Positions 40,874-50,830 of a stretch of 64,000 nucleotides of DNA are shown here, piece by piece; position 1 is the first letter of the stretch; every line of letters starts with the position of its first letter. This DNA comes from Acidobacteriota bacterium (GTDB lineage Bacteria; Acidobacteriota; Terriglobia; Acidiferrales; 2-02-FULL-67-57). The DNA is taken from contig JBBIPK010000009.1 in the NCBI GenBank assembly GCA_037442885.1, forward strand, positions 4,249 to 68,248, written 5' to 3'. The notes under the pieces were generated by a model. It was given only the letters and a program-made list of their open reading frames with translations. It was not told the origin of the DNA and made no database searches. The position numbers were made by a program, and so were the translations under genes.

Positions 40874-42234
40874 GGCTCCACCCCGGTGAGGAGCAGCAGC
40901 GCCAGCAGGACGCGCTTGGTTCCCAACTCGCGATCCGTGGGGTCGTACCATTCGCGCAGCGAATGAGACGAGCCGCTGCGGCCGCCCCCGCTGACCGCGA
41001 CCGCTTCCATCCCCAGCGCGATCGGAACATTCGCGTCGGTGGAGGCGGTACGGAACTGCGTCTTGATGCCCAGGTGGTTATCCACGGCGCGGAAGACCTC
41101 GACAATGCGCGCCGATTCGGGGACCTCGCCACCGGGACGCTCGCCAATCGTCTTAATTTCAGCCTGGAGACTTTCCGAGCGCCGCGCCGCCTTGTTCTCG
41201 GCTTCTACGGCCCGCGCAACCGCCTGGCCGACTGCTTGTTCCAGCCGCGTGATTTCCTCCGCACCTTCCGAGCGGATGTCAATCTTCATCGCAGCCTGGT
41301 AGGGAATCGAGTTCACCGAGGTTCCCCCTTCGATGACACCCACGTTCAAGACCGTGCGGGGCTTTTCCGGGATGGAGACACCGGCCAGTTCGGTGATGGC
41401 ACGTGCCAGCGCTTGAATGGGGTTCGGCAGACCGAAGTCACCCCAGCTATGACCGCCCGGGCCGCGCACGGTCACCTCCAGGCGTTTGCTGCCCAGAGCC
41501 CGGCGGGTCAGGCGGTCGTTGCCCGAGCCGTCAATCGCGATTACGGCGCGCGTTTTCTGCCGAAGCTCGTTGTCATCCAGCAGATGCTTGATGCCGCGAA
41601 GATTTCCTTCGCCTTCCTCGCCCACATTGGCAACGAAGAGGATGCTGGCGGCTGTGGCCACCTTGGCCGTCCCGAGGGCACGGATCACCGCGAGCAACGT
41701 GGCCAAACCGTTGCCGTTGTCTGAAACGCCGGGACCCACGAGCCGCTTCCCTTCCCGCGCCACGCGCACCGGTGTTTCCGGAGGGAATACCGTGTCCAGA
41801 TGAGCGGCCAGGATGACCCAACTGTTCGCATCGCGGCCGCGGTATTCGCCGAGTACATTCCCGATGGCATCGATGCGCACGTGTTCCAGGCCCAGGTTGC
41901 GGAATTGGGCTTCGAGGTAGCGGGCCCGCTCGCCTTCTTGGAAGGGGGGAGCGGGGATTTCCGTCACCCGAATCTGTTCCGCCAGGGTCCAATCGGACAG
42001 GTCATCGGCAGCGCGCAGGGCGCGGGCGACGGCCGGGTGCTGGGCCAGCGCGGCGGGATTCATCTCAACTGTAGAGAGTCGGACAGGCATAAGCAGGGTA
42101 AGCAGGAACGCTGCAAGTAACGCGCAAGCTCTGCTCAAGGGTTTCGACCCAGAATCCCATCCCTCGTGTTTGCGCTCTAGGACGAACGCGCCACCTTGGG
42201 GCGTTCCGAAGGCACCGGGACGTCTTCGCCGCAC
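40870..42234 (-). CDS. secreted M20/M28-type metallopeptidase
   Basis: Contains AAHLDTVFP...GVSDNGNGLA...NVGEEGEGNLRG and a hydrophobic signal (ACALLAAFLLTLL). The start is uncertain (GTG 42234 or TTG 42138). Confidence 0.8.
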   Translation of the reverse strand: MRRRRPGAFGTPQGGAFVLERKHEGWDSGSKPLSRACALLAAFLLTLLMPVRLSTVEMNPAALAQHPAVARALRAADDLSDWTLAEQIRVTEIPAPPFQEGERARYLEAQFRNLGLEHVRIDAIGNVLGEYRGRDANSWVILAAHLDTVFPPETPVRVAREGKRLVGPGVSDNGNGLATLLAVIRALGTAKVATAASILFVANVGEEGEGNLRGIKHLLDDNELRQKTRAVIAIDGSGNDRLTRRALGSKRLEVTVRGPGGHSWGDFGLPNPIQALARAITELAGVSIPEKPRTVLNVGVIEGGTSVNSIPYQAAMKIDIRSEGAEEITRLEQAVGQAVARAVEAENKAARRSESLQAEIKTIGERPGGEVPESARIVEVFRAVDNHLGIKTQFRTASTDANVPIALGMEAVAVSGGGRSGSSHSLREWYDPTDRELGTKRVLLALLLLTGVEP

Positions 42235-43448
42235 AGCGCGTAGACTTCTTCCTCCGTCAGCAAACGGTCGGACTGCTTGGCGGCATTGAAGATTCGCTCC
42301 ACGCGCTCGTCGGTAGCCGGAATGCCCCGCTTCTCCAGCCAGTAAATCACGTTTGATTTCCCGCTCATGGGGCCGATTTCGATGACCTGGTCGAGTCCGA
42401 ACAGATGGGACGGGACACCGGAGTAGACGATGTTGGCCAGGTGGACATCGTTTTTCTTGTAGGCCTTGATGACAGCGGCGGCGTGGACGCCGGTGCCGGT
42501 GCGGAAGGCGTCGCTGCCGACGACGGGGTAGTTGCTGGGAATCGGGACTCCGGTCGCCTGGGAAACCTTCACGCAGTACTCGCGCAGTTTGGAGAGGTCG
42601 CGGTCAATCCAGCCGAGCAGTTTCAGGTTGACGAGCAACTGATCCATCGAGGCATTGCCCACGCGCTCGCCAATGGCCAGGGCGCAGCCGTGCACCTGGT
42701 CGGCACCGGCGGCAAGAGCCGCCAGGCTGTTGATGACGGCCAATCCCCGGTCGTTGTGCCCGTGCCAGTCCACGCGAACGGTGGCACCGCTGGGCTTGAT
42801 CACTTCGTCGAGCACGAACCGGACGAGGTTCTGCGCGCCGGCGGGCGTGGCGTGGCCGACGGTGTCGCACAAGACGATGGCCTGGGCGCCATGATTGATG
42901 GCGGTCGAATAGAGTTTCTTGACGGTCTGGGGGTCGCAGCGGTCCGTATCTTCGGTGACGTACATGACCGGCAGGCCAAGCGAGCGCGCGAAGGTGACGG
43001 CGAATTCCGTCTGTCGCAGCAGGAAGTCGGTTGTCCAATCTTCGGCGTAGCGGCGGATGGGGCTGGAGCCGATGAAGGTGGCCGCCTCGATGGCGATGCC
43101 CACGCGCTGGGAGATTTCGGCAATCGGGCGGATGTCAGCCTCGAGGGTGCGGGCGGCGCAATTGGGACGAATCTTGAGTTTGGCGGTGACGATTTCGCGC
43201 GCCAGCCGCTCGGCATCGGCCACCGCGCGCGGGCCGGCACCGGGGAGTCCGATGTTGACCGAATCGATTCCCAGCGCCTCCATCAGGTGGAGAATCTCGA
43301 TCTTCTCCCCGATGCTGGGATCGCGAACCGAAGGTGACTGCAAGCCGTCGCGCAGGGTTTCATCGTCGAGGAGGCAGCGGGCGGGACGCGGCAGAGACTC
43401 CACCCCGCCGGCGGTGTTCCAATCGTAAATGAGGCCTGGCTCCATCAC
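42177..43448 (-). CDS. DRE-TIM metallolyase (2-isopropylmalate/homocitrate synthase family) without a C-terminal regulatory domain
   Basis: 423 aa. Contains DETLRDGLQSP and HGHNDRGLAVINSLAALAAGA. It has no LeuA-dimer/allosteric domain. Confidence 0.75.
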   Translation of the reverse strand: MMEPGLIYDWNTAGGVESLPRPARCLLDDETLRDGLQSPSVRDPSIGEKIEILHLMEALGIDSVNIGLPGAGPRAVADAERLAREIVTAKLKIRPNCAARTLEADIRPIAEISQRVGIAIEAATFIGSSPIRRYAEDWTTDFLLRQTEFAVTFARSLGLPVMYVTEDTDRCDPQTVKKLYSTAINHGAQAIVLCDTVGHATPAGAQNLVRFVLDEVIKPSGATVRVDWHGHNDRGLAVINSLAALAAGADQVHGCALAIGERVGNASMDQLLVNLKLLGWIDRDLSKLREYCVKVSQATGVPIPSNYPVVGSDAFRTGTGVHAAAVIKAYKKNDVHLANIVYSGVPSHLFGLDQVIEIGPMSGKSNVIYWLEKRGIPATDERVERIFNAAKQSDRLLTEEEVYALCGEDVPVPSERPKVARSS

Positions 43449-43451
43449 TCT

Positions 43452-43706
43452 TCAGTAGCGATGCACGTAGGAGCGGGGCAGCTCCGTCGGGTCGGGCTGA
43501 TAGAGGGTCTTGCACCGCTCGCAGCGATAGATCTCGGCGTTCTTGCCGACCTGACGTTCGATTTCTTTCGGAACTTCGTACCAGCGCTTGAGGTGGCCCA
43601 GGCAGGCCTTGCCTTTTTCGTCCTTTTCGTCGCAGGCGCGCTGGCGCGGTTTTTTCGTTTTGATCCTGAGCGCAGTTGCTGGAAGCGTCGCGGTGGCTGC
43701 AGCCAT
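43452..43706 (-). CDS. small basic zinc-ribbon protein (84 aa), hypothetical
   Basis: The sequence is ...KTKKPRQRACDEKDEKGKACLGHLKRWYEV...IYRCERCKTLYQP. It has high GC3, an AGGAGA SD, its own candidate promoter, and a stop 3 nt before the next gene's start. Confidence 0.55.
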   Translation of the reverse strand: MAAATATLPATALRIKTKKPRQRACDEKDEKGKACLGHLKRWYEVPKEIERQVGKNAEIYRCERCKTLYQPDPTELPRSYVHRY

Positions 43707-43735
43707 CGGTTCTCCTGTCGAGGCACTCGAAGTGA

Positions 43736-43764
43736 ATTATACCGAATGCCTCTCTGGTTTGCAG
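43736..43764 (-). promoter_or_regulatory. candidate promoter, CTGCAA-N17-TATAAT
   Basis: On the minus strand, a perfect TATAAT is at 43741..43736 (context GGTATAAT, as at htrA). The -35 is weak. The ~23-nt leader contains a TCGAG/CTCGA stem and the SD. Confidence 0.4.
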
Positions 43765-43782
43765 CACGAACGCTAACCCACG

Positions 43783-44547
43783 TCAGCGGTAGGGCTCGGG
43801 ATAGTCCACCGAAACCAAACACAAGCCACTGGCGGGAACGGTGGGCCCGGAGCGGGTGCGGTCGCGCGCGGCAAAGATCGCAGCGATGTCTTGCGGCTGG
43901 AGCCTTCCCTTTCCCACTTCCAGCAGAGTTCCTACAATCTTGCGCACCATGTGGCGGAGGAAGGCGCGGCCGCGGATAGCGAGGATCACCTCCTGATCGC
44001 TGTCGCCGGTGGTCAAGTCCAGCGAGAGGATCGTGCGCACCTTGTTTTTCTCCTCGTCCCGCTCGGACGCCCAGGAGGAGAACGACGTGAAGTCGTGTTC
44101 ACCAATGAAGCACGGCAACGCCGCGCGCATCGCGTCGGTATTGAGCGGGTAGGGATAGTGATAGACATAACGCCAAAGAAACGGGGGACAAATGTCCGCA
44201 CAGAGCAGGCGATAGCGATAGGTTTTGGCTTCCGCGTGCCAGCGCGCGTGGAAGTCCCGCGGGACTTCCTGTACATCGGTCACACGGATTGCCGGTGGCA
44301 ACAGGCTGTTCAGTGCCCGCCGCAGGTTCTCCGCGGGAATCTCGGAGCGAGTCTTGAAGTGGGCGACCTGGCCGAGCGCGTGCACGCCGGCATCGGTGCG
44401 TCCGCAGCCGTGCAGCCGCACCCGCTCCTGCGTAATCTTCTCCAAGACCTCGACCACCGCGCCTTGAATCGTGGGCAGCTTCGGCTGGATGGCCCAGCCG
44501 TAGTAGTCAGTGCCGTCATAGGCCAGGGTCAGTTTGAGGTTGCGCAT
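43783..44547 (-). CDS. truA: tRNA pseudouridine(38-40) synthase
   Basis: 254 aa. Contains LAYDGTDYYGWAIQ and the catalytic-Asp region GCGRTDAGVHA. Confidence 0.9.
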   Translation of the reverse strand: MRNLKLTLAYDGTDYYGWAIQPKLPTIQGAVVEVLEKITQERVRLHGCGRTDAGVHALGQVAHFKTRSEIPAENLRRALNSLLPPAIRVTDVQEVPRDFHARWHAEAKTYRYRLLCADICPPFLWRYVYHYPYPLNTDAMRAALPCFIGEHDFTSFSSWASERDEEKNKVRTILSLDLTTGDSDQEVILAIRGRAFLRHMVRKIVGTLLEVGKGRLQPQDIAAIFAARDRTRSGPTVPASGLCLVSVDYPEPYR

Positions 44548-44634
44548 ACTGGTATCTGCATTCTACCGGTAGAAAGCCGCGCCGTGGACACGACCGCGCC
44601 GAGGCGGGACAAGACCTGGACAAGTGTGCACAAC

Positions 44635-45207
44635 CTAGCGACGGCTCCCGGGCTTCTCAACCGGCAACCCGGCGTGGCACTGCGGGCACTCCTCGGCAGG
44701 ATACGTTTCCAGGTTCAAGCGTACGAGCGCCCAGGTCGGCACATTCAACGTCGCGCGTCCACCGCTGCGGTCTACCAACGCCGCTACGCCCACCACCTCT
44801 GCCCCGCTGGCCCGCGCCACCTCCAGAGTCTCCCGCGTCGAGCCACCCGTCGTCAGCACGTCCTCCGCTACCAGCACGCGCTCCCCACGCCGCAGTTGAA
44901 ATCCCCGGCGCAGCTCAAACCGTCCGTCGGCATCGCGCTCCACAAACAGCGCCCGTGCCCCCAACTGCCGCGCCACTTCATACCCCCAGACAATCCCGCC
45001 CAGCGCCGGCGCCACCACGGCTTCCACGCCTTTCCACCCGGCCTTCTCCACCAGCGCAGCCGCTAGCCGCGCCGCCTGCTCGGGGTGTTGCAGAACCTGC
45101 GCACACTGCACATAGACGGCGCTGTGCAACCCGGAGGACAACACAAAGTGCCCTCGGCGCACCGCTCCCGCTTGCTCCAGCAACTTGAGCGCTTCGCTGG
45201 CCTCCAC
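44635..45207 (-). CDS. pyrE: orotate phosphoribosyltransferase
   Basis: 190 aa. Contains FVLSSGLHS and the PRPP-binding loop VLVAEDVLTTGGS. Confidence 0.9.
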   Translation of the reverse strand: MEASEALKLLEQAGAVRRGHFVLSSGLHSAVYVQCAQVLQHPEQAARLAAALVEKAGWKGVEAVVAPALGGIVWGYEVARQLGARALFVERDADGRFELRRGFQLRRGERVLVAEDVLTTGGSTRETLEVARASGAEVVGVAALVDRSGGRATLNVPTWALVRLNLETYPAEECPQCHAGLPVEKPGSRR

Positions 45208-45340
45208 GCGGCCAGCCTACGGGCTGCCCGCCGAGGCTGTCAAGCCAACCCCCCGGCCTGAACGATCCTCCAATGCTGAACTTCATTGCGGGACTTGGCC
45301 TCCCCCAGGCGGGAGCCTAGAGGCTCGGTGCCCCGGTGCT

Positions 45341-45430
45341 GTCATTCTGAGCGCAGCGAAGAATCTCAGCGAAGCAGTGATCGCGGTGTTGAGATGCTTC
45401 GTCCCGAAAGCTTTCGCGACTCAGCATGAC
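45341..45430. repeat. 90-nt nested imperfect palindrome (REP/MITE-like hairpin element)
   Basis: The outer arms GTCATTCTGAG (45341..45351) and CTCAGCATGAC (45420..45430) pair 10/11. The inner arms CGAAGAATCTCAG (45357..45369) and TTGAGATGCTTCG (45389..45401) pair 11/13 plus one G:U. An extra perfect 12-nt palindrome CGAAAGCTTTCG sits at 45405..45416. The element is intergenic, between pyrE and the exonuclease gene. Confidence 0.6.
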
Positions 45431-45532
45431 AAACCGGAGCTGCCTGTGGTTACCTCCCTTATCGGAAGACGGCCTGGATCACCTGCTGCTTGCCGCAAGC
45501 GCGATCGGGATGCTAAGATACGTGCTCAGTTC

Positions 45533-46435
45533 ATGCGCCCGTACAAGAACCTCCTCCCCGACTCCTACCTCCACCAGGAACTAGAAAGCCTGCTGCGCAA
45601 GAAGGGCGGCACGATCTCAGGCGAAGAGGTCTGCCGCGAGCTCTTCCACCTCACCGCGGCTCCGCCCGTGCTGGCCCGCACCTTGGTCGAGGAATTCATC
45701 CGCGACCAGCCCCACCTGCGGCTGACCGCGGAGGACGGCATCGAGTGGGCCGAGCCTGACCCGCAGGAAGTCTGGCGCCAGCGCCGCCACTTCCTCGTCC
45801 TCGATCTCGAGGCCACCGACGGTAGCCGCCGCGACCAGCGCATCATCGAAATCGGTCTCTGCCGCATCGAAAACGGCCGCATCACCCGCGAATGGAGCCA
45901 ACTGCTCAATCCCGACCGCCCCCTCTCCCCCTGGGTGCGGCAGCTAACCGGCATCCGCGAGGCCGAGCTTCGCCAGGCGCCGCACTTCGCGGATGTGGCC
46001 GAGCAACTCCTCGAAGAACTCGAAGACGCCATCCTGGTCGCCCACCACGCCCGCTTCGACGTCGCCGTCCTCAGCCACGAATTCAGCCGCCTGCTGGGCC
46101 GCCGCCTCGGCAACCGCTACCTCTGCACCGTCGAGCTGTCGCGGCACTTCCTGCCCGGGATGGAAAACTATAGGCTGGAGACCTTGAGCCGCACGCTCGG
46201 CCTCACCCACGAGCGGCCGCACCGCGCCGGCTCCGACGCCCGCGCCACCGCCGAACTTTTCACCCGCCTGGCCCAACACTCCGACGGAGCCCTGGCCGCC
46301 CACCTGCGTCCTCGCCCGTTCACGGTGAACCGGTTCAGGGTGAACCCGCCGCAGTCCCGAAGCCTCGGAATTGGCGAGGCCCACCCACCCAGCCGCCCAG
46401 GCCCTGAAGGAAAGCGGAGCACGCCTCATGCCTGA
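45533..46435 (+). CDS. DnaQ-like DEDDh 3'-5' exonuclease with N-terminal extension
   Basis: From ATG 45533, Exo I is FLVLDLEATD, Exo II is LVAHHARFDVAVL and Exo III is HRAGSDARATAELF. The upstream part of the track ORF reads through the repeat element. Confidence 0.8.
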   Translation: MRPYKNLLPDSYLHQELESLLRKKGGTISGEEVCRELFHLTAAPPVLARTLVEEFIRDQPHLRLTAEDGIEWAEPDPQEVWRQRRHFLVLDLEATDGSRRDQRIIEIGLCRIENGRITREWSQLLNPDRPLSPWVRQLTGIREAELRQAPHFADVAEQLLEELEDAILVAHHARFDVAVLSHEFSRLLGRRLGNRYLCTVELSRHFLPGMENYRLETLSRTLGLTHERPHRAGSDARATAELFTRLAQHSDGALAAHLRPRPFTVNRFRVNPPQSRSLGIGEAHPPSRPGPEGKRSTPHA

Positions 46436-46470
46436 TTTACGCGAAAAAATCCGCTCTGAAGGGTAAAACG

Positions 46471-46920
46471 ATGCGAAGCAAAGCCAAGACCGTCACTCAA
46501 TACTTGGCTGCATTGCCCGCCGACCGGCGCAAGGCCATGCAGCGAGTCCGCGCCGCCATCCGCAAGCATCTGCCGAGAGGGTACGAAGAAACCATGCAGT
46601 ACGGCATGATGAGCTATGCCGTGCCGCTGAGTCTCTATCCGCCCGGCTATCACTGCAAAAAAGATGAGCCCCTGCCGTTCATCTGCCTGGCCTCGCAAAA
46701 AAATCACATGGCCATCTACATGTTCTGCCTGTACGTCAACAGCAAAGATGAGGCGAGCTTGCGCGCCGCATACAAAGCCAGCGGGAAAACACTGGACATG
46801 GGCAAGAGCTGCATTCGATTTAAGAAAGTGGAAGACCTTGCGCTGGACGTCATCGGCAAGGCCATCGCCGGCATGCCCGTCAAGAAATTCATTCAGGTAT
46901 ACGAAGCCACGCGTGCATAG
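46471..46920 (+). CDS. DUF1801 (YdhG-like) domain protein
   Basis: 149 aa. Contains AKTVTQYLAALPADRRKAMQRVRAAIRKHLP...CIRFKKVEDL. Confidence 0.7.
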   Translation: MRSKAKTVTQYLAALPADRRKAMQRVRAAIRKHLPRGYEETMQYGMMSYAVPLSLYPPGYHCKKDEPLPFICLASQKNHMAIYMFCLYVNSKDEASLRAAYKASGKTLDMGKSCIRFKKVEDLALDVIGKAIAGMPVKKFIQVYEATRA

Positions 46921-47139
46921 AGCTCCGCGGAAATGTCTGTTAGGGGGATGAGGTGCGGCTTGTATTTCAACCGGGGAAGCAAGAATTGCCTTCCGTATTT
47001 TCGATTCTTCACTTTAATAAGCCTCAGCTCAAGATGAAGTAAATAGCCGCTGAAAAAGAAAAGAATGAAACCTCACCTGCCCGGGTTTCGTAAGTCTAAA
47101 TAGGTTGATTGGACAATCTGCTCAATGAGGAGTCTAGCA

Positions 47140-48915
47140 ATGACCCGAACGACCCTAGGCCGTGCGACCGCCGTTATCCTGAGCCTGCTCTTGCTCGCGC
47201 TGCCCCTATCGGCGCAGAACGTTGATTTCACCAAGGGGAAGAGGCACTTCCCGTTCTTCTTTTCGCCCTACACGGCGCGGTTTGTGCCGCAGCCAAGCCT
47301 CGCCAATTCTCCGCGCATTGAAACCCTCATCCGCGAGGGCAAGCTCTATCTGAGCTTGCAGGACGCCATCTATCTGGCGCTCGAGAACAACCTCGACATC
47401 GTGGCGGCACGCTACGGCCCCGACATTGCCGAGACCGACGTCCTGCGCACCAAGGGCGGCGCGCTGGCGCGCGGCGCCGGCGGCGTGGGCACGGCCACGG
47501 CCCTGGGCGCGGGCACGGTCGGCTCGTTCGACCCCACCATCAGCTACAGCCTCAACTGGACCCGCCGCGATGTCCCTCAGACCACCACCTTCATCACCGG
47601 CACCAACGAACTCAAGACTACCCCCATGACCAATAACGTCACCATCTCCCAGTCCTTCGCCACCGGCACCAGCGTTAGCTTCATCTTCGACTCCTCCCGC
47701 ACCTCCACCAACTCCCTCCGCTCCTCCTTCAACCCTTCGTTCACTTCCAGCCTCCAGGTCGGCTTCAGCCAGCGCCTGCTCAGCGGCTTCGGCCTCGGGC
47801 CCAACCTCCGCTTCATCCGCGTGGCCAAGAACAACAAGCAGATCAGCGACCACGCCTTCCTCCAGCAGGTGATGGACATCATCAGCAACGTCAAGAACGC
47901 CTACTGGGAACTGGTATTCGTCCGCGAGGACGTCAAGGTGAAGGAGCAGTCGCTGGCGCTGGCCGAGCGCCTCTACCAGGACAACAAGCGCCAGGTCGAA
48001 ATCGGCACCCTCGCCCCCATCGAAGTCGTGCGCGCGGAATCCGAAGTCGCCCGCACCCGCCAGGACCTCATCGTCAGCCAAACCAGCCTCCTCCAGCAAC
48101 AGATTACGCTCAAAGACCTCATCGCCAAGAACCCCATGGACCCGCTGCTCGCGCTGGTCGAGGTTGTCCCCACCGATAGCGTGCAGGTGCCGGAAGTGCC
48201 CGAAGTCCTCCCCATCCAGGATGCGATTCAGATTGCGATGGAGAAACGCCCCGAGATCATCCAGGCGCAGATTGACCTGAAGAACCGCGGCATCACCATC
48301 TCGGCGGTGAAGAACTCCATGCTGCCCAGCCTGGACGTCTTCGGCTTCTATACCGGCTCGGGGTTGGCGGGCCAGATCAACCAGTTGGCGGTCGGCGACC
48401 CCTTCTTCACCTTCCCCGACAGTCAGTTTATCGGCGGGTTCAACCGCAGCATGACCCAGGCCTGGCAGGGCGATTTCCCCAACTACGGTTTCGGGGTCAC
48501 GCTCACGATTCCGCTCAAGAACCGCTCAGCCCAAGCCGATACCGCCCGCGCGCTGATCGAAGAGCGGCAGGCGCAGGTGCGCTATCGCCGCACGGTCAAC
48601 TCCATGATCGTCGAGGTGCGCAACGCCCAGATCTCGCTCGAGCAGACTCGGGCGCGGATTGACGCGGCCGAGAAGTCGCGCCGCCTGTTCCAGGAGACTC
48701 TCGACGCCGAGCAGAAGAAGTTTCAGCTCGGCGCCTCGACCATCTTCCAGGTCATCCAGGCGCAGCGCGACCTTGCCCAGGCGGCCACGCAGGAGGTGCG
48801 CGCCCGGGTGGACTTCGTCCGCGCCCAGGTCAGCTTCGACCGCGCCCTAGGACGTACGCTCGAGCGCAGCAGCATCACCGTCGAGGGCGCCCACACCGGC
48901 GTCGCTAACCCGTAA
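47140..48915 (+). CDS. TolC-family outer-membrane efflux protein
   Basis: Contains the signal peptide MTRTTLGRATAVILSLLLLALPLSAQ and two repeats of the OEP helix/strand module (LSLQDAIYLALENNLDI...; IQDAIQIAMEKRPEI...). ATG 47140 is preferred because GAGGAG lies 7 nt upstream; the track ORF starts at 47125. No adjacent MFP or pump gene is present. Confidence 0.85.
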   Translation: MTRTTLGRATAVILSLLLLALPLSAQNVDFTKGKRHFPFFFSPYTARFVPQPSLANSPRIETLIREGKLYLSLQDAIYLALENNLDIVAARYGPDIAETDVLRTKGGALARGAGGVGTATALGAGTVGSFDPTISYSLNWTRRDVPQTTTFITGTNELKTTPMTNNVTISQSFATGTSVSFIFDSSRTSTNSLRSSFNPSFTSSLQVGFSQRLLSGFGLGPNLRFIRVAKNNKQISDHAFLQQVMDIISNVKNAYWELVFVREDVKVKEQSLALAERLYQDNKRQVEIGTLAPIEVVRAESEVARTRQDLIVSQTSLLQQQITLKDLIAKNPMDPLLALVEVVPTDSVQVPEVPEVLPIQDAIQIAMEKRPEIIQAQIDLKNRGITISAVKNSMLPSLDVFGFYTGSGLAGQINQLAVGDPFFTFPDSQFIGGFNRSMTQAWQGDFPNYGFGVTLTIPLKNRSAQADTARALIEERQAQVRYRRTVNSMIVEVRNAQISLEQTRARIDAAEKSRRLFQETLDAEQKKFQLGASTIFQVIQAQRDLAQAATQEVRARVDFVRAQVSFDRALGRTLERSSITVEGAHTGVANP

Positions 48916-48966
48916 AGCCTCCGTCCACTTGTCGAGCGGAGGCTCCGTTACGGCGGAACCTCCGCC
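48916..48966 (+). terminator. two GC-rich hairpins after tolC (AGCCTCCG..CGGAGGCT; GGCGGA-ACC-TCCGCC)
   Basis: Perfect 8-bp inverted repeat at 48916..48923 and 48937..48944 (13-nt loop). A 6-bp stem at 48952..48966 is followed by CGCTTGTT. There is no strong U-tract. Confidence 0.35.
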
Positions 48967-48981
48967 CGCTTGTTCCTCACG

Positions 48982-49016
48982 GGTCGCTGGTCGCTGACCA
49001 CCGGTCGCTGGCTCGC
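48982..49016. repeat. heptanucleotide tandem array GGTCGCT (5 units, 3 perfect)
   Basis: The units are GGTCGCT, GGTCGCT, GACCACC, GGTCGCT and GGCTCGC, in exact 7-nt register. The array ends 3 nt before the -35 at 49020. Confidence 0.6.
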
Positions 49017-49019
49017 CCG

Positions 49020-49048
49020 TTGACCTCTCTCGAGCCATGCCCTATGAT
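49020..49048 (+). promoter_or_regulatory. candidate promoter, TTGACC-N17-TATGAT, for the mutase operon
   Basis: TTGACC at 49020..49025, a 17-nt spacer, then TATGAT at 49043..49048. The icmA ATG is at 49087. Confidence 0.5.
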
Positions 49049-49086
49049 GCGTTCAAGCAGCTTCGGAGGCGGGCAGCGAGGCCACG

Positions 49087-50793
<1,707 letters not shown>

Positions 50794-50830
50794 CCAAGAG
50801 ACTCACCGCAGAGGCACAGAGAACACAGAG

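Noticed and set aside
43452-43706. The small zinc-ribbon ORF as a LysW-type amino-group carrier, given the neighbouring homocitrate/isopropylmalate-synthase-like gene.
   Set aside because: LysW-type carriers end in an acidic EDWGE-like tail. This protein is basic and ends ...PRSYVHRY.
45185-45532. 116-codon N-terminal extension of the exonuclease ORF, including the peptide GAVILSAAKNL.
   Set aside because: It overlaps the pyrE start region, reads straight through the palindromic repeat element, and shows no homology-like pattern. The exonuclease motifs begin only after ATG 45533.
49049-49086. Cobalamin riboswitch upstream of the B12-dependent mutase operon.
   Set aside because: The predicted leader is only about 35 nt, far too short for a B12 riboswitch, and I see no conserved B12-box-like sequence.
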